From Actinomycetota bacterium (GTDB lineage: Bacteria; Actinomycetota; Acidimicrobiia; IMCC26256; JACDBD01), in contig JBQTGU010000018.1 of assembly GCA_052390575.1 (NCBI GenBank), positions 34,125-98,124 of the forward strand: a stretch of 64,000 bases of DNA, read 5' to 3'. Each line of letters starts with the position of its first letter. The stretch's first letter is position 1. The position numbers were made by a program, and so were the translations under genes. Shown one piece after another: positions 52,320 through 62,036 of this stretch. Under the pieces are notes generated by a model. It searched no databases and had not been told where the DNA came from. It saw only the letters and a list, made by a program, of their open reading frames with translations.

Positions 52320-53135
52320 ATGCTGAGCACCCTCGCGCAGCGGACACTCAAGGTGACGGCCGCGGCCGTGGACCACGTTCGTCGGCCCGTTCGCGGCGTC
52401 GTCATCCTCCTGTACCACCGCGTCGGCGGGCGTTCCCGCCTCTCCGTCGACCTGCCGGCGGCATTGTTCGACGAGCAGATGAGCGCGCTGGCCGCGGGAT
52501 CAGACGTCGTCACCCTGGACGACGCCATCGAGATCCTCACCGCCGGCGCCGCGCCCGAAGCCGACCCGGTGGTTGTCACCTTCGACGACGGCACCGCCGA
52601 CTTCGTCGACGAGGCCCTGCCGATCCTCGAGCGCTACCAGATCCCCGCGACCGTCTACGTGGCGACCGACTTCGTCGACCGGGGACGACCGTTCCCCCAT
52701 GCGGGCATGCCGCTGTCGTGGGAGGCACTGGGTGACGCGATCGGCACCGGACTGGTGACGGTGGGATCGCACACACACACGCACGTCCTGCTGGACCGGG
52801 TGGCCGCACCCGAGGCCGAAGCCGAGCTCGACCGCTCGACCGAGCTCATTGGCGAGCGGTTGGGGGTACCGGCCCGGCACTTCGCCTATCCCAAGGCGGC
52901 ACCCGGCTCCGCCGCCGCCGACGCGGCCGTTCGGAAGCGGTTCCGCTCGGCCGCGCTCGCCGGGAACCGTCCCAACCCCTACGGCCGGACCGACCCGCAC
53001 CGTCTCGCGCGCTCGCCGATCCAGACCACCGACGGCATGCGGTTCTTCCGGCGCAAGATCGCGGGAGGGATGGAGTTCGAGGAGCGCGTGCGACAAGTCA
53101 TGAACCGGCGCCGGTACGCGGGCGCGACGACGTGA
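52320..53135 (+). CDS. Polysaccharide deacetylase (NodB/CE4 family)
   Basis: VVVTFDDGTADFVDEALPILERYQIPATVYV and VGSHTHTHV. Confidence 0.85.
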   Translation: MLSTLAQRTLKVTAAAVDHVRRPVRGVVILLYHRVGGRSRLSVDLPAALFDEQMSALAAGSDVVTLDDAIEILTAGAAPEADPVVVTFDDGTADFVDEALPILERYQIPATVYVATDFVDRGRPFPHAGMPLSWEALGDAIGTGLVTVGSHTHTHVLLDRVAAPEAEAELDRSTELIGERLGVPARHFAYPKAAPGSAAADAAVRKRFRSAALAGNRPNPYGRTDPHRLARSPIQTTDGMRFFRRKIAGGMEFEERVRQVMNRRRYAGATT

Positions 53136-54340
53136 GCACGCTCGCGCTGCTCGGGGGAGAGCCGTCGTTCCCCGAGGGCCTGCCCTTCGTTCGCCCCCCC
53201 GTCCCCCCACTCGAGCGGGTCATGAACCGCCTCTCACCGTCGTACGAGCGCGGGATCCTCACGAACGGTCCCCTTGTGAGCGAACTCGAGGAACGGATCC
53301 GCGATCGGCTGCAGGTGCGGAACGTCGTCGCGGTCGCGTCGTGCACGGCGGGCTTGATGCTCACGCTGCGCGCGCTCCGTCTCGAGCAGCCCGTCCTGCT
53401 GCCGAGCTTCACCTTCTCGGCATCGGCGCACGCGGTGGCGTGGAACGGATGCCGCCCCCGGTTCGCGGAATGCGACCCGGAGTCCTTCCAGCTCGATCCG
53501 GCCGACGCGGCTCTACGGCTCGACGGCGTCGATGCCGTGCTGGCGACTCACGTATTCGGAGCTCCGTGTTCACCGAGCGCGATCGAGTCACTCGGTCGTG
53601 ACGCCGACGCGCCGGTCGTCTTCGACGCGGCTCATGGCTTCGGCGCGCGTTCGGGTGACCGCCCGATCGGTGGCTTCGGCGACGCCGAGGTGTTCAGCCT
53701 GAGCCCCACCAAGCCGTTCACCGCCGGCGAGGGCGGATTGGTGACGACCGACCGCGACGACCTCGCCGCTGATGTCCGCATCGGACGCGACTACGCCAAC
53801 CCGGGCGACTACGACAGTCGGTTCCCGGGGTTGAACGCGAGGCTGTCGGAGCTCCATGCGGCCTTGGCGCTCGAATCTCTCGCCCAGCTCGATGACAACC
53901 TGCGAACGCGGCGGACGCTCGCCCAGCGGTATGTCGATCGCCTGGCGGACGTCCCGGGAGTGCGCGTGCAACGCGTCCGGTCCGGCGACGAGTCGACGTG
54001 GAAGGACTTCACGATCATCGTGGACGAAAACGATTTCGGCGTCGGCCGCGACCTGCTCGTTACCGCTCTGCGCGCCGAGGGCATCGACACCCGCTGCTAT
54101 TTCGACCCCCCGGTTCATCTCCAGCATGCGTACCGTGCGGCGGGCACCAACCGCCTTCCGGTGACCGAGCATGTCACGGCGCGCGTCGTCAGCCTGCCGC
54201 TCTATCCGAGCCTGTCTCCGGCTGCGGTGGACCGGGTCTGCGAAGTCGTGGCGCGCGTACACGCCAATGATTCGGCGGTCGCGGCGGCGGACGACAACTA
54301 CGGCGACGTCGCCCCGTCAGCGGCGCGCACGCACTCGTAG
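53132..54340 (+). CDS. DegT/DnrJ/EryC1/StrS-family sugar aminotransferase
   Basis: GTGA overlap. LTNGPLVSELEERI and the PLP-Lys region FSLSPTKPFTAGEGGLVTT. Confidence 0.9.
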   Translation: MSTLALLGGEPSFPEGLPFVRPPVPPLERVMNRLSPSYERGILTNGPLVSELEERIRDRLQVRNVVAVASCTAGLMLTLRALRLEQPVLLPSFTFSASAHAVAWNGCRPRFAECDPESFQLDPADAALRLDGVDAVLATHVFGAPCSPSAIESLGRDADAPVVFDAAHGFGARSGDRPIGGFGDAEVFSLSPTKPFTAGEGGLVTTDRDDLAADVRIGRDYANPGDYDSRFPGLNARLSELHAALALESLAQLDDNLRTRRTLAQRYVDRLADVPGVRVQRVRSGDESTWKDFTIIVDENDFGVGRDLLVTALRAEGIDTRCYFDPPVHLQHAYRAAGTNRLPVTEHVTARVVSLPLYPSLSPAAVDRVCEVVARVHANDSAVAAADDNYGDVAPSAARTHS

Positions 54341-55092
54341 ACGATCGTCTCGCACGCGATCTCCTCCGTCATGACGGTGCGGGCGAGCAGGGCGCGCGCC
54401 GCGGCCTGGAGCCGACCTCTCGGAGTGCGAATGCGCTTGAGGCGAACGCCACGGAACGACTCCAGTGCAAGACCGGTGCGGGCGCCGAGCTCGACGATGT
54501 TCCCCGGGGCGAAGTACGCCACGTGATCGACGCTGTCGCGCGCATCGCCCCGAGTGCCCCGCCACACCCGGTGAAGGGCGAACGGGTTCGGCGTGCTGAA
54601 CACGAACCGGCCCCGGTCGCCGAGCATCTCGCCGACGTTTCGGAACATCGCCTCCGGATCGCCGAGATGCTCCAACACCTCGCCCGCCACAATCAGGTCG
54701 AACGTCTCGTCGAGGCGATCTCGGGTGACGTCGCAGCTGCGCACGTCGTAACCGCGTGCCGCCACCATCTCGACCGCGTCCGACACGACATCGATGCCCA
54801 CACACCGCGAGGCCACGGCAACGAGGCGCGCGTGGAGCCAGGACGGACCGTCGGTGAAGGAGATGTCGTGGTCGACGAACCCGATGTCGAGGACGTTCCG
54901 ATCGCGCGCGAGCTCGCAGAGATACCCAGCGCGGTCGTCGACGGGCGGGCGCCGTGCGGCTCGTACCTGCTCGGCCCGATGGCCGAGGGCCTCGGCCGAG
55001 TTCGGGTCTCGGGAGATCTCGGACCAGCGCACCGGCAGAATCGTACGATGACCGGGCCCGAACCGCAGACTTGCCGGTTCGACTCGGGCCAC
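54298..55092 (-). CDS. Class I SAM-dependent methyltransferase
   Basis: GTG start. NVLDIGFVDHD (atypical motif I), then FDLIVAGEVLEHLGDP and RFVFSTPNP. The 3' end overlaps the convergent DegT gene by 43 nt. Confidence 0.65.
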   Translation of the reverse strand: MARVEPASLRFGPGHRTILPVRWSEISRDPNSAEALGHRAEQVRAARRPPVDDRAGYLCELARDRNVLDIGFVDHDISFTDGPSWLHARLVAVASRCVGIDVVSDAVEMVAARGYDVRSCDVTRDRLDETFDLIVAGEVLEHLGDPEAMFRNVGEMLGDRGRFVFSTPNPFALHRVWRGTRGDARDSVDHVAYFAPGNIVELGARTGLALESFRGVRLKRIRTPRGRLQAAARALLARTVMTEEIACETIVYECVRAADGATSP

Positions 55093-55100
55093 TGACGAGC

Positions 55101-56237
55101 ATGCAGCTTGTATACGTCATCGACAGCCTGGCGCCGGCGGGGACGGAACGCTCGCTCGTCGCGGTCGCGCCCGAGTACCGCGCGCGGGGCGTCGCCCTCG
55201 AAGTGGTCTACCTGCGCGATCGAGACGATCTTCGACCCGAGCTGATCGCCGCGGGGGCCCGGGTGATCTCGCTCTCGGGCCGCGGCGGACGTCTCGGCAA
55301 TGTGCGTCGAGTGCGGACGTACCTCAGCGAACGCCGCCCCGATCTCGTCCACACCAGCCTGTTCGAGGCGGACGTTGCCGGCCGGGTGGCAGCTCGACTG
55401 GTCGGAATACCCGTCGTTTCGACGTTCGTGAACGAGGAGTACGGGCCGGCGCACGTCCGGAACCCGAACCTCCGCCCCTGGAAGGTTCGAGCCGCCCAGG
55501 CGCTCGATGCCGCGACCGGCCGGTTCGTGAGGAGATTCCACTCGGTCTCGGGACACGTAGCCGATGTGATGGCACGACGGCTCGCCATACCTCGGGCGCG
55601 GATCGACGTCGTTCCGCGCGGTCGCGACCCGGTCTTGTTGGGAGAGCGGAGTCGAGATCGGCGGGCGCGGGCCCGGCAGCAGTTGGGGCTCACCGACGAC
55701 GAGCGCGTCGTCCTGGCCGTCGCCCGCCACGACTACCAGAAAGGCCTCGACGTTCTCGTCGAGGCCCTGGCATCGGTACGCGCGGCAGTCCCAGGGACGC
55801 GGCTCTTGGTCGCGGGTCGAGCCGGGCAACAGACGGCCGAGCTCGAGGATCGGGCACGTGGTCTCGGCGTCGACGCGGCGATGACCCTGCTCGGAAAACG
55901 AGACGACGTCGGCGACCTGCTTTGTGCCGCCGATGTCTCCGTACTGCCGTCTCGACGCGAGGGGATGCCGGGGTCGCTCCTGGAAGCCATGGCGCTCGAG
56001 ACACCGATCGTCGCCAGCGACCTTCCCCAGATCCGGGAAGTCGTCGACGAGCGCAGCGCGTTGTTGGTCGAGCCCCAGTCGCCCGAGGCGCTCGCCGGAG
56101 CCATCGCCAGCACTTTGCGGGACCCCGAAGAGGCCGCGCGGCGGGCTGCCGTCGCGCGGGCGCGATTCGTCGAACACTTCACGATCGACCGCGTGGCCGA
56201 GAAGATGTTGGACTTCTATCGGCGGGCGCTCGGCTGA
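55101..56237 (+). CDS. Glycosyltransferase family 4
   Basis: Trimmed to the ATG at 55101 (MQLVYVIDSLAPAGTERS). C-terminus LPSRREGMPGSLLEAMALETPIVASDLPQIREVV. Confidence 0.85.
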   Translation: MQLVYVIDSLAPAGTERSLVAVAPEYRARGVALEVVYLRDRDDLRPELIAAGARVISLSGRGGRLGNVRRVRTYLSERRPDLVHTSLFEADVAGRVAARLVGIPVVSTFVNEEYGPAHVRNPNLRPWKVRAAQALDAATGRFVRRFHSVSGHVADVMARRLAIPRARIDVVPRGRDPVLLGERSRDRRARARQQLGLTDDERVVLAVARHDYQKGLDVLVEALASVRAAVPGTRLLVAGRAGQQTAELEDRARGLGVDAAMTLLGKRDDVGDLLCAADVSVLPSRREGMPGSLLEAMALETPIVASDLPQIREVVDERSALLVEPQSPEALAGAIASTLRDPEEAARRAAVARARFVEHFTIDRVAEKMLDFYRRALG

Positions 56238-56268
56238 GGTCCACCGCCATCGGCGCTGCGGGGCAGCG

Positions 56269-57003
56269 TCAGGCCCGGTATCGCACCCGCCGCCAGCCTT
56301 TCTGGAGCCGGCGGAACGCGGGGTCAGGAGTCACCCGCCGCACGAGTCCCCGCAGACCTCGGGCGATCCGCGGCACGGTGATCATCCGGAAGCGCCGCAC
56401 CCGGCGGAGGACGGTGCTTTCGGTGTCGGCGCCCAGCGCGTGGAGCCAGTGGTGGGTCTTTGCCTCGACGGTGCGTCCGTACATCACCCACCCGGCGTCG
56501 AGGGCGTTCCGGAACCCGAGCGCGCGCAAACGCTGCCGAACTTCACCCTCGCGGTGGGCGTGGGATGGAATCTTGCGGACGTCCCAGTGGACGACCATCT
56601 CCTCCACCTTGCGGATCTCACCGGAATCGATGAGGTCGTCGAGGATGTCGCACTCACTCCCCTCGCAGTTCAGCTTCACGTACACGACGTCGTCCGCGGC
56701 GACGTTGTCCCGGAACCAGTCGCTCGCCTTCACGAACCTCGCCATCTCGTGCTCGTCGAGATCGTGGCCCCGGTCGAAGATGCTTGCGCCCAGGGTCCCG
56801 GGGGCGAAGATCGCACGCTCCGTCGTCTCGTTCCAGAGCCCGAACGGACAGACGGTGACGCGCGTGTCGTCGAAGCCCAGGAGCTGGGTCTGGCATTCGC
56901 TCGTCGGCTCGAAGCAGACGATGCGGTCGAAGCCGTACCTCGGATCGAGGACGGCTTCGAGGGTCTCGCCCACGTGCGCGCCCACGTCGAGAAAGAGCTT
57001 CAC
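56269..57003 (-). CDS. FkbM-family methyltransferase
   Basis: MKLFLDVGAHVGETLEAVL...IVCFEP and LNCEGSECDIL. Confidence 0.75.
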   Translation of the reverse strand: MKLFLDVGAHVGETLEAVLDPRYGFDRIVCFEPTSECQTQLLGFDDTRVTVCPFGLWNETTERAIFAPGTLGASIFDRGHDLDEHEMARFVKASDWFRDNVAADDVVYVKLNCEGSECDILDDLIDSGEIRKVEEMVVHWDVRKIPSHAHREGEVRQRLRALGFRNALDAGWVMYGRTVEAKTHHWLHALGADTESTVLRRVRRFRMITVPRIARGLRGLVRRVTPDPAFRRLQKGWRRVRYRA

Positions 57004-57106
57004 GGGCTCGGAACCTCAGCGGTGTCCAAGCGCGGGCTCATCGGTGCAATGATGCACCAGGACCGGTGTCGTCACGTTTGCCCTGGGGCGAGGCGGAGCG
57101 CGAGTC

Positions 57107-58111
57107 GTGAGGCTGTTGATCGCATGCACGGCGGAGAACAGTGAGTATTGGTGTACGGAAGTAGAGAACCTCGCGCTCTCAGTGCGCCGTTTCGGTGGAG
57201 GCCTCGCGGACACGCCCGTCACCGCCTGCTTCGTTGACGCGGTCGACGACGAATACCGCGACCGCTTGACCCGACTCGACGTTGAAGTCGTGACGGTTCC
57301 GCGATCCGACTACGGGACACCGCCGACCAACAAGTTACGGATGCTCGAGCTTGCGCACGATCACGCCTTCGACGTGTTACTCGCACTCGATTGCGACGTC
57401 ATCATCACCGGGGACATCTCGCCGTGGCTCTCTCGAGACAAACTTCGGGGAACCCCCGAACACGCCGACCGTCTCACGCCGGCGCAATGGAGGATGGCTT
57501 TCGAGGCGCTCGACGTCCCCGAGCCCGACCGCGCCACGCGCATGGTCGCAACCGGCAAAACGACGTACCCGTTCTTCAGCAGCGGTGTGCTCATGGTCCC
57601 CCGGTCGATGTGCTTGGAGCTGGCAACGGTCTGGCAGCAACTGTGCCGGGAATACGACAAACTCTGCGATGCCGAAGAGCAACTGGAGCCGACTCGCTGG
57701 TTCACCGATGAGATCACGCTCACCTGCGCGATCACTTCGCTGGGCGTGACCGTCGATCCGCTGCCAATTTCGCTCAACCTCTGCACGACAGTCCCGGTGC
57801 ACCCGTCGTATGGTCACGAGGTTCAACGCCCGTATGTCCTGCACTACCGCAACGAGATCGACAGCGACGGCTTCGTGCTTGCATCGCGACACGATGCTGT
57901 GAACAGCGCCATCGACGCGTTCAACGTGGAGCGCAGCGCCACGTTCAACCTTCGGTATGCCCACATCTCGAAGCCACCGTGGGCACGGCGACTCGTTCGC
58001 TGGCTCCACCGGCAGCACTGGTACACGTTCCGCCCCGTCCGCGCCCTGCGGAGGTCGCCCACCGGAGCACTGGGCCGCCGCGTGCTGCAGCGTCTCGCCC
58101 GAAGCCGCTAG
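57107..58111 (+). CDS. Putative GT-A fold nucleotide-diphospho-sugar transferase (GT8-like)
   Basis: GTG start. NKLRMLEL...FDVLLALDCDVIITGD is a DxD-type motif. The region is AT-richer. Confidence 0.5.
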   Translation: MRLLIACTAENSEYWCTEVENLALSVRRFGGGLADTPVTACFVDAVDDEYRDRLTRLDVEVVTVPRSDYGTPPTNKLRMLELAHDHAFDVLLALDCDVIITGDISPWLSRDKLRGTPEHADRLTPAQWRMAFEALDVPEPDRATRMVATGKTTYPFFSSGVLMVPRSMCLELATVWQQLCREYDKLCDAEEQLEPTRWFTDEITLTCAITSLGVTVDPLPISLNLCTTVPVHPSYGHEVQRPYVLHYRNEIDSDGFVLASRHDAVNSAIDAFNVERSATFNLRYAHISKPPWARRLVRWLHRQHWYTFRPVRALRRSPTGALGRRVLQRLARSR

Positions 58112-59139
58112 GCCCGGGTCTCTACCGGCGCACGGTTGCGCTTCTCCTCGGCGCGCCGCCCGAGGATCCCCTGCACGCTCTCGTAAGGAATGAATGCATC
58201 GAGCGCGTAGTCGGACTTGAACCACTCGTACGCCGTCGCGGATCTGCTCGCTCGCTCCTGTGGCCTGGTGAGGAAGCGAGCACACGTATCGGGGATGTCC
58301 TGGTACTCGCACGTGATCACGTTCTCCTCGAACGCGGGGTCGAGAACGGGGTCCGCCACCGCCGACGGCTTCTCGTGCACGACGAACAGCCCGTTCGACA
58401 GGGGATGGTCGACCCGGGCGAGATCGAAGATCTGCGCCTGCGGTTCCTTGTAGTGGTGGATCCCGAGCACGATCTTGGTACGCGCCAGGAACTCGTCGAG
58501 CTGCTCTCCGTACGCGGGGTTGGCCTGACTCAGAACCTTGACGTTCATGCCGCGTTGCTCGAGCTGCTCGAGCATTCGCTGCCTCCGCCCGGACACGATG
58601 CCGAAGAACAGCACGTCGATGTCCTGCGGGAGCTTCTTCCCCTCGTTGTGTCTCCGGAAGCTGGTTTCGTAGTAGGGGGCATAACCGAGGGGAACGAAGT
58701 GGAAGGGCACGCCGAGCCTTTCGACGTGCTCGGCCTCGGACCGTTTGTAGCCCCACACTCCCCTGGCGTTCCGTATCCCCTTCGACCAGTGGACATTGTC
58801 GGTCCACCGGCTGATGGCGAGCGGCTCGGCGTTCACGAAGATGTAGTTCTTCGGGAACAACTCGAACGGAACGTTGTTCCAGAACCCGATCCAGAGGTCG
58901 AGGCTCGACTTCAGCCGGACGAGCATCGAGAGCGACAGACCCGAACGAACCTGGGTGCGAAAGCCCCGCCTGCGCAAGAGGTCGGCGATCGCCTCGGACT
59001 TGCGCGCGAACGCAGGATGTCGGTAGTAGACAACGACTCGCCGGCGCCGGAACCGGCCGAACAGGCGGAGGGGAAGGCACGCGAGGGCCAGACCGCGAAA
59101 TGCCACTCGCTTGAGCATCCGTGACAACCGTCGGCGCAT
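58108..59139 (-). CDS. CgeB-like / Glyco_trans_1_2-type putative glycosyltransferase
   Basis: DIDVLFFGIVSGRRQRMLEQLEQRG...KIVLGIHHY...LFVVHEKPS...YQDIPDTCARFL has the same architecture as 36135..37427. The region is AT-richer. Confidence 0.5.
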   Translation of the reverse strand: MRRRLSRMLKRVAFRGLALACLPLRLFGRFRRRRVVVYYRHPAFARKSEAIADLLRRRGFRTQVRSGLSLSMLVRLKSSLDLWIGFWNNVPFELFPKNYIFVNAEPLAISRWTDNVHWSKGIRNARGVWGYKRSEAEHVERLGVPFHFVPLGYAPYYETSFRRHNEGKKLPQDIDVLFFGIVSGRRQRMLEQLEQRGMNVKVLSQANPAYGEQLDEFLARTKIVLGIHHYKEPQAQIFDLARVDHPLSNGLFVVHEKPSAVADPVLDPAFEENVITCEYQDIPDTCARFLTRPQERASRSATAYEWFKSDYALDAFIPYESVQGILGRRAEEKRNRAPVETRA

Positions 59140-59157
59140 CCTACGGCGCTCTGAGCA

Positions 59158-59649
59158 TCACAGCTTCTTCGCCATGACGATGCTGTCGACCGGCGTGCCC
59201 GCCCTGACGGCGACTTCCTTCTTGCGATCGATCTCGGCGAAGCCGAGGCTCCGATAGAGCGCGAGAGCGACGGTGTTGTGACTCAGCACCTCGAGTTGTG
59301 CGATCGAGACGCGATGGCGGTCCTTCACGAGCGGAAGGAACGCTTCGTAGGCCGGGCGCGCGAGACCACGCCCGCGAAAGCGCTTGTGCAGGTCCGCGCC
59401 CACGTAGATCGACGCATTCTCCGGATCATGATGGCTGAGCCTGAAGTAGCCGATGCGCTCTCCGCCGTACCTGATGACGTGGAAATCCGGTGACTCCTCG
59501 CGAAACCAGGTCTCACACTCCGCCAGCGTGAACACGCGATTGTCGTGAAGGGAATTGCGGCACTCGTTTCTGACCTCGATCAGGAACGGAAGATCCTCGT
59601 GTGCGAGAGGCTCGAACGCGAACCTCGGTTCGGATCCTGCTCTTACCAT
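59158..59649 (-). CDS. GNAT-family N-acetyltransferase
   Basis: RFRGRGLARPAYEAFLPLV (acetyl-CoA loop). 7-nt overlap with the upstream aminotransferase gene. Confidence 0.8.
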   Translation of the reverse strand: MVRAGSEPRFAFEPLAHEDLPFLIEVRNECRNSLHDNRVFTLAECETWFREESPDFHVIRYGGERIGYFRLSHHDPENASIYVGADLHKRFRGRGLARPAYEAFLPLVKDRHRVSIAQLEVLSHNTVALALYRSLGFAEIDRKKEVAVRAGTPVDSIVMAKKL

Positions 59650-60803
59650 CCCGACCGGATGACGCTCACGACTCGCTCGGCATCGGCAGCCGTCATCCGA
59701 GTGTGGAGCGGGAGCACGAGATAGTCGTCCTCGATCGCGTCCATGTTGGGGAAGGTTCCCCGCGACTCGCGAAACAGCGTGTACCGGTCGTTCCGATAGT
59801 GGACCTGATTCGATTCGATGCGGTTCTCGAGCAGCTTCCGTTGCAGCCCGACGCGATCGTCGGCGAGCACGGTGCAGGTCCAGGCGGCGTGCACTCGGTC
59901 CTCCAACCCGCCTCCGATGAATCGGATACCCGGCGCGTTCGAAAGGCCGCGCTCATAGATCGCGAAGAGCTCCCGACGGTGTGCGTGTGTCTCCTCCCAG
60001 TCCTCGAGTGCAGCGAGCCCCATTGCGGCCGAGATGTCGGTCATCTGGTACTTGAAGCCGATCTCCCAGATGTCGTTGTCCCAGGTGGCCTTCTGCTTGC
60101 CCTCGCGGTCGATCCCGAACCACCGGATTCGCTTCGCCTTCGGAAGCAGGTCGGAGTCCCGGATCGCGAGCATGCCGCCATCGCCGGTCGTGATGTGCTT
60201 GATCGCCTGGAACGAGAACGTCGTGAACTCGGAGATGGAACCGACACTCCATCCCTTGTACGAGGCGCCGAGGGCCTGGGCGGCGTCCTCGATGACGGGA
60301 ACGCCGGCCTCGTCGGCGATCCGGCGGAGCTCGTCCATGTCACACGGCAGGCCGCCGTAGTGGACGCACACGATCGCGGCGGTCTTTTCGGTCACCAGAC
60401 GGCGCACGTGATCGACATCGATGTTCAGGGAGTGGGGTTGGACGTCGGCAAACACCGGCTTGGCACCGATGTAGAGGAGCGGGATGTTGGTCGCCGTGCA
60501 GGTGAACAGGGGGGTGATGACTTCGTCCCCGGCCTTGACACCGGCCAAGAGATAGGCGAGGTGCAAGGCGTCGGTTCCCGAACCCACGGCGGCAGTGCTC
60601 GCGCCGTTACAGAACACCTCCGAGAACTCCGACTCGAATCTCTCGACCGAGGGCCCCTGCCCGATCCATCGACTCCCCAGTTGGGCGCTGACCAGGTCGC
60701 GGGCGCGTTCGCTGATGTGCGGGTAGAAGAGGACGATGTTGCCTTTTGCCTCTTCCATCAGTGGCAGGTCGACGGGAACGGTCATATGTGGGTCGCGTTC
60801 CAT
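59643..60803 (-). CDS. DegT/DnrJ/EryC1/StrS-family sugar aminotransferase
   Basis: I prefer the ATG at 60803 because SD GAGGGG lies 6 nt upstream; alternatives are 60827 and 60785. The PLP-Lys region is FSFQAIKHITTGDGGMLAI. Confidence 0.9.
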   Translation of the reverse strand: MERDPHMTVPVDLPLMEEAKGNIVLFYPHISERARDLVSAQLGSRWIGQGPSVERFESEFSEVFCNGASTAAVGSGTDALHLAYLLAGVKAGDEVITPLFTCTATNIPLLYIGAKPVFADVQPHSLNIDVDHVRRLVTEKTAAIVCVHYGGLPCDMDELRRIADEAGVPVIEDAAQALGASYKGWSVGSISEFTTFSFQAIKHITTGDGGMLAIRDSDLLPKAKRIRWFGIDREGKQKATWDNDIWEIGFKYQMTDISAAMGLAALEDWEETHAHRRELFAIYERGLSNAPGIRFIGGGLEDRVHAAWTCTVLADDRVGLQRKLLENRIESNQVHYRNDRYTLFRESRGTFPNMDAIEDDYLVLPLHTRMTAADAERVVSVIRSGW

Positions 60804-60827
60804 TGAAGGCCCCTCGAGGGAATTCAC

Positions 60828-62036
60828 CTAGGACGGTTGGCGGGTGCTGGCGGGCTCCCTGACTTCCCACGTGGTGGCCGCGTAGACGGGGGCGAGTCGC
60901 ACGATCCCGACAGGAGGACGCTCCAGGTCGGGGCCGACCACGTCGAACTGGGCCGCCGGCCCCCAGGGAAGCGCCGCGACGGCGTCCTTCCCGGTGTAGA
61001 CCGCGGTCCACACGTAGAAGCGGCCCCGCGGCAGCGGAAGCTCCTCGATCCGACACTCGAACTCGGTGTTGCCGGTCTCGAGCAGCACGTCGCGCGTGAA
61101 GAGGAGAATGGGCGTTCCCGGCCCCTCCGTGATGCCCAGCAGCAGGCGACCTCGTAGCTCGCGGCGTGAGTCCAGCACGACGGTCACCACGAGCGGCTCG
61201 GTGGTGTGCGGCGGGCGCTCACCGTCGCCGGTTGCGGACACCTTCACCACCTGGAGTTCATCGCCCTGCTGCACCTCCAGCTCGGCGCCAGCCTCGACCG
61301 CCCGCCGGTACTGACCGAGCACGTCACGCGCCGATCCGTCCGCGCGCACGACACCGCGCTCGAGCCACACGCTCCGCGCGCAGGTCGCCTCGATCGTGGG
61401 TAGGTCGTGTGACACGTAGATGAGGGTCGTGCCCTGGGCCAGGACCTCGCGCATGCGCACCAGACAGCGCTGTTGGAACGAAGCGTCGCCGACGGCGAGG
61501 ACCTCGTCAACGAGGAGCACATCGGGCTCGAGGAAGGCCGCGACGCCGAATCCAAGGCGCATCTTCATGCCACTCGAGTAGTGCTTGATCTGCCGGTCGA
61601 CCGCCTGCTCCAGCTCGGCGAAGCCGACGATGTCGTCGAAGCGCCTTGCGACATCGCGCCGGTTGAGTCCGAGAAGCGACCCGTACAGGAAGATGTTCTC
61701 GCGGCCCGACAGCTCCTGATGCAGACCAGTCGTCACCTCGATCAGGGCACCGACTCTGCCTCGGGCCTCGACGCGCCCCGCGTACGGGTACATCACCCGG
61801 GTGAGGATCTTCAGCAGAGTCGACTTGCCGGACCCGTTGGTCCCGACGAGCCCAAGCGAGCTTCCGGGCTCCATTGCGAAGTCGACGTCTCGTAACGCCC
61901 AGACCCAGGGCAGGCGCACCTCCCCCCGCAGGCGACCGAGCAGGATGGCGACTTGGTCAGATGCGCGCACCCGCCGGCGGTCGGGACGGAATCGCTTCCA
62001 CACGTGCGAGACGGTCACCGTACCGTCAAGCGACAT
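60828..62036 (-). CDS. Polysaccharide/O-antigen ABC exporter ATP-binding protein (Wzt/TagH type) with a C-terminal beta-sandwich extension
   Basis: GTNGSGKSTLLK, YSSGMKMRLGF and LLVDEVLAVGD, plus about 150 aa of extra C-terminal domain. 11-nt overlap with the permease gene. Confidence 0.9.
   Translation of the reverse strand: MSLDGTVTVSHVWKRFRPDRRRVRASDQVAILLGRLRGEVRLPWVWALRDVDFAMEPGSSLGLVGTNGSGKSTLLKILTRVMYPYAGRVEARGRVGALIEVTTGLHQELSGRENIFLYGSLLGLNRRDVARRFDDIVGFAELEQAVDRQIKHYSSGMKMRLGFGVAAFLEPDVLLVDEVLAVGDASFQQRCLVRMREVLAQGTTLIYVSHDLPTIEATCARSVWLERGVVRADGSARDVLGQYRRAVEAGAELEVQQGDELQVVKVSATGDGERPPHTTEPLVVTVVLDSRRELRGRLLLGITEGPGTPILLFTRDVLLETGNTEFECRIEELPLPRGRFYVWTAVYTGKDAVAALPWGPAAQFDVVGPDLERPPVGIVRLAPVYAATTWEVREPASTRQPS

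Noticed and set aside
57043-57058. The small palindrome GGTGCA-atga-TGCACC in the FkbM/GT-A divergent region as an operator.
   Set aside because: The arms are only 6 bp, I noticed no second copy, and such short palindromes are expected by chance.
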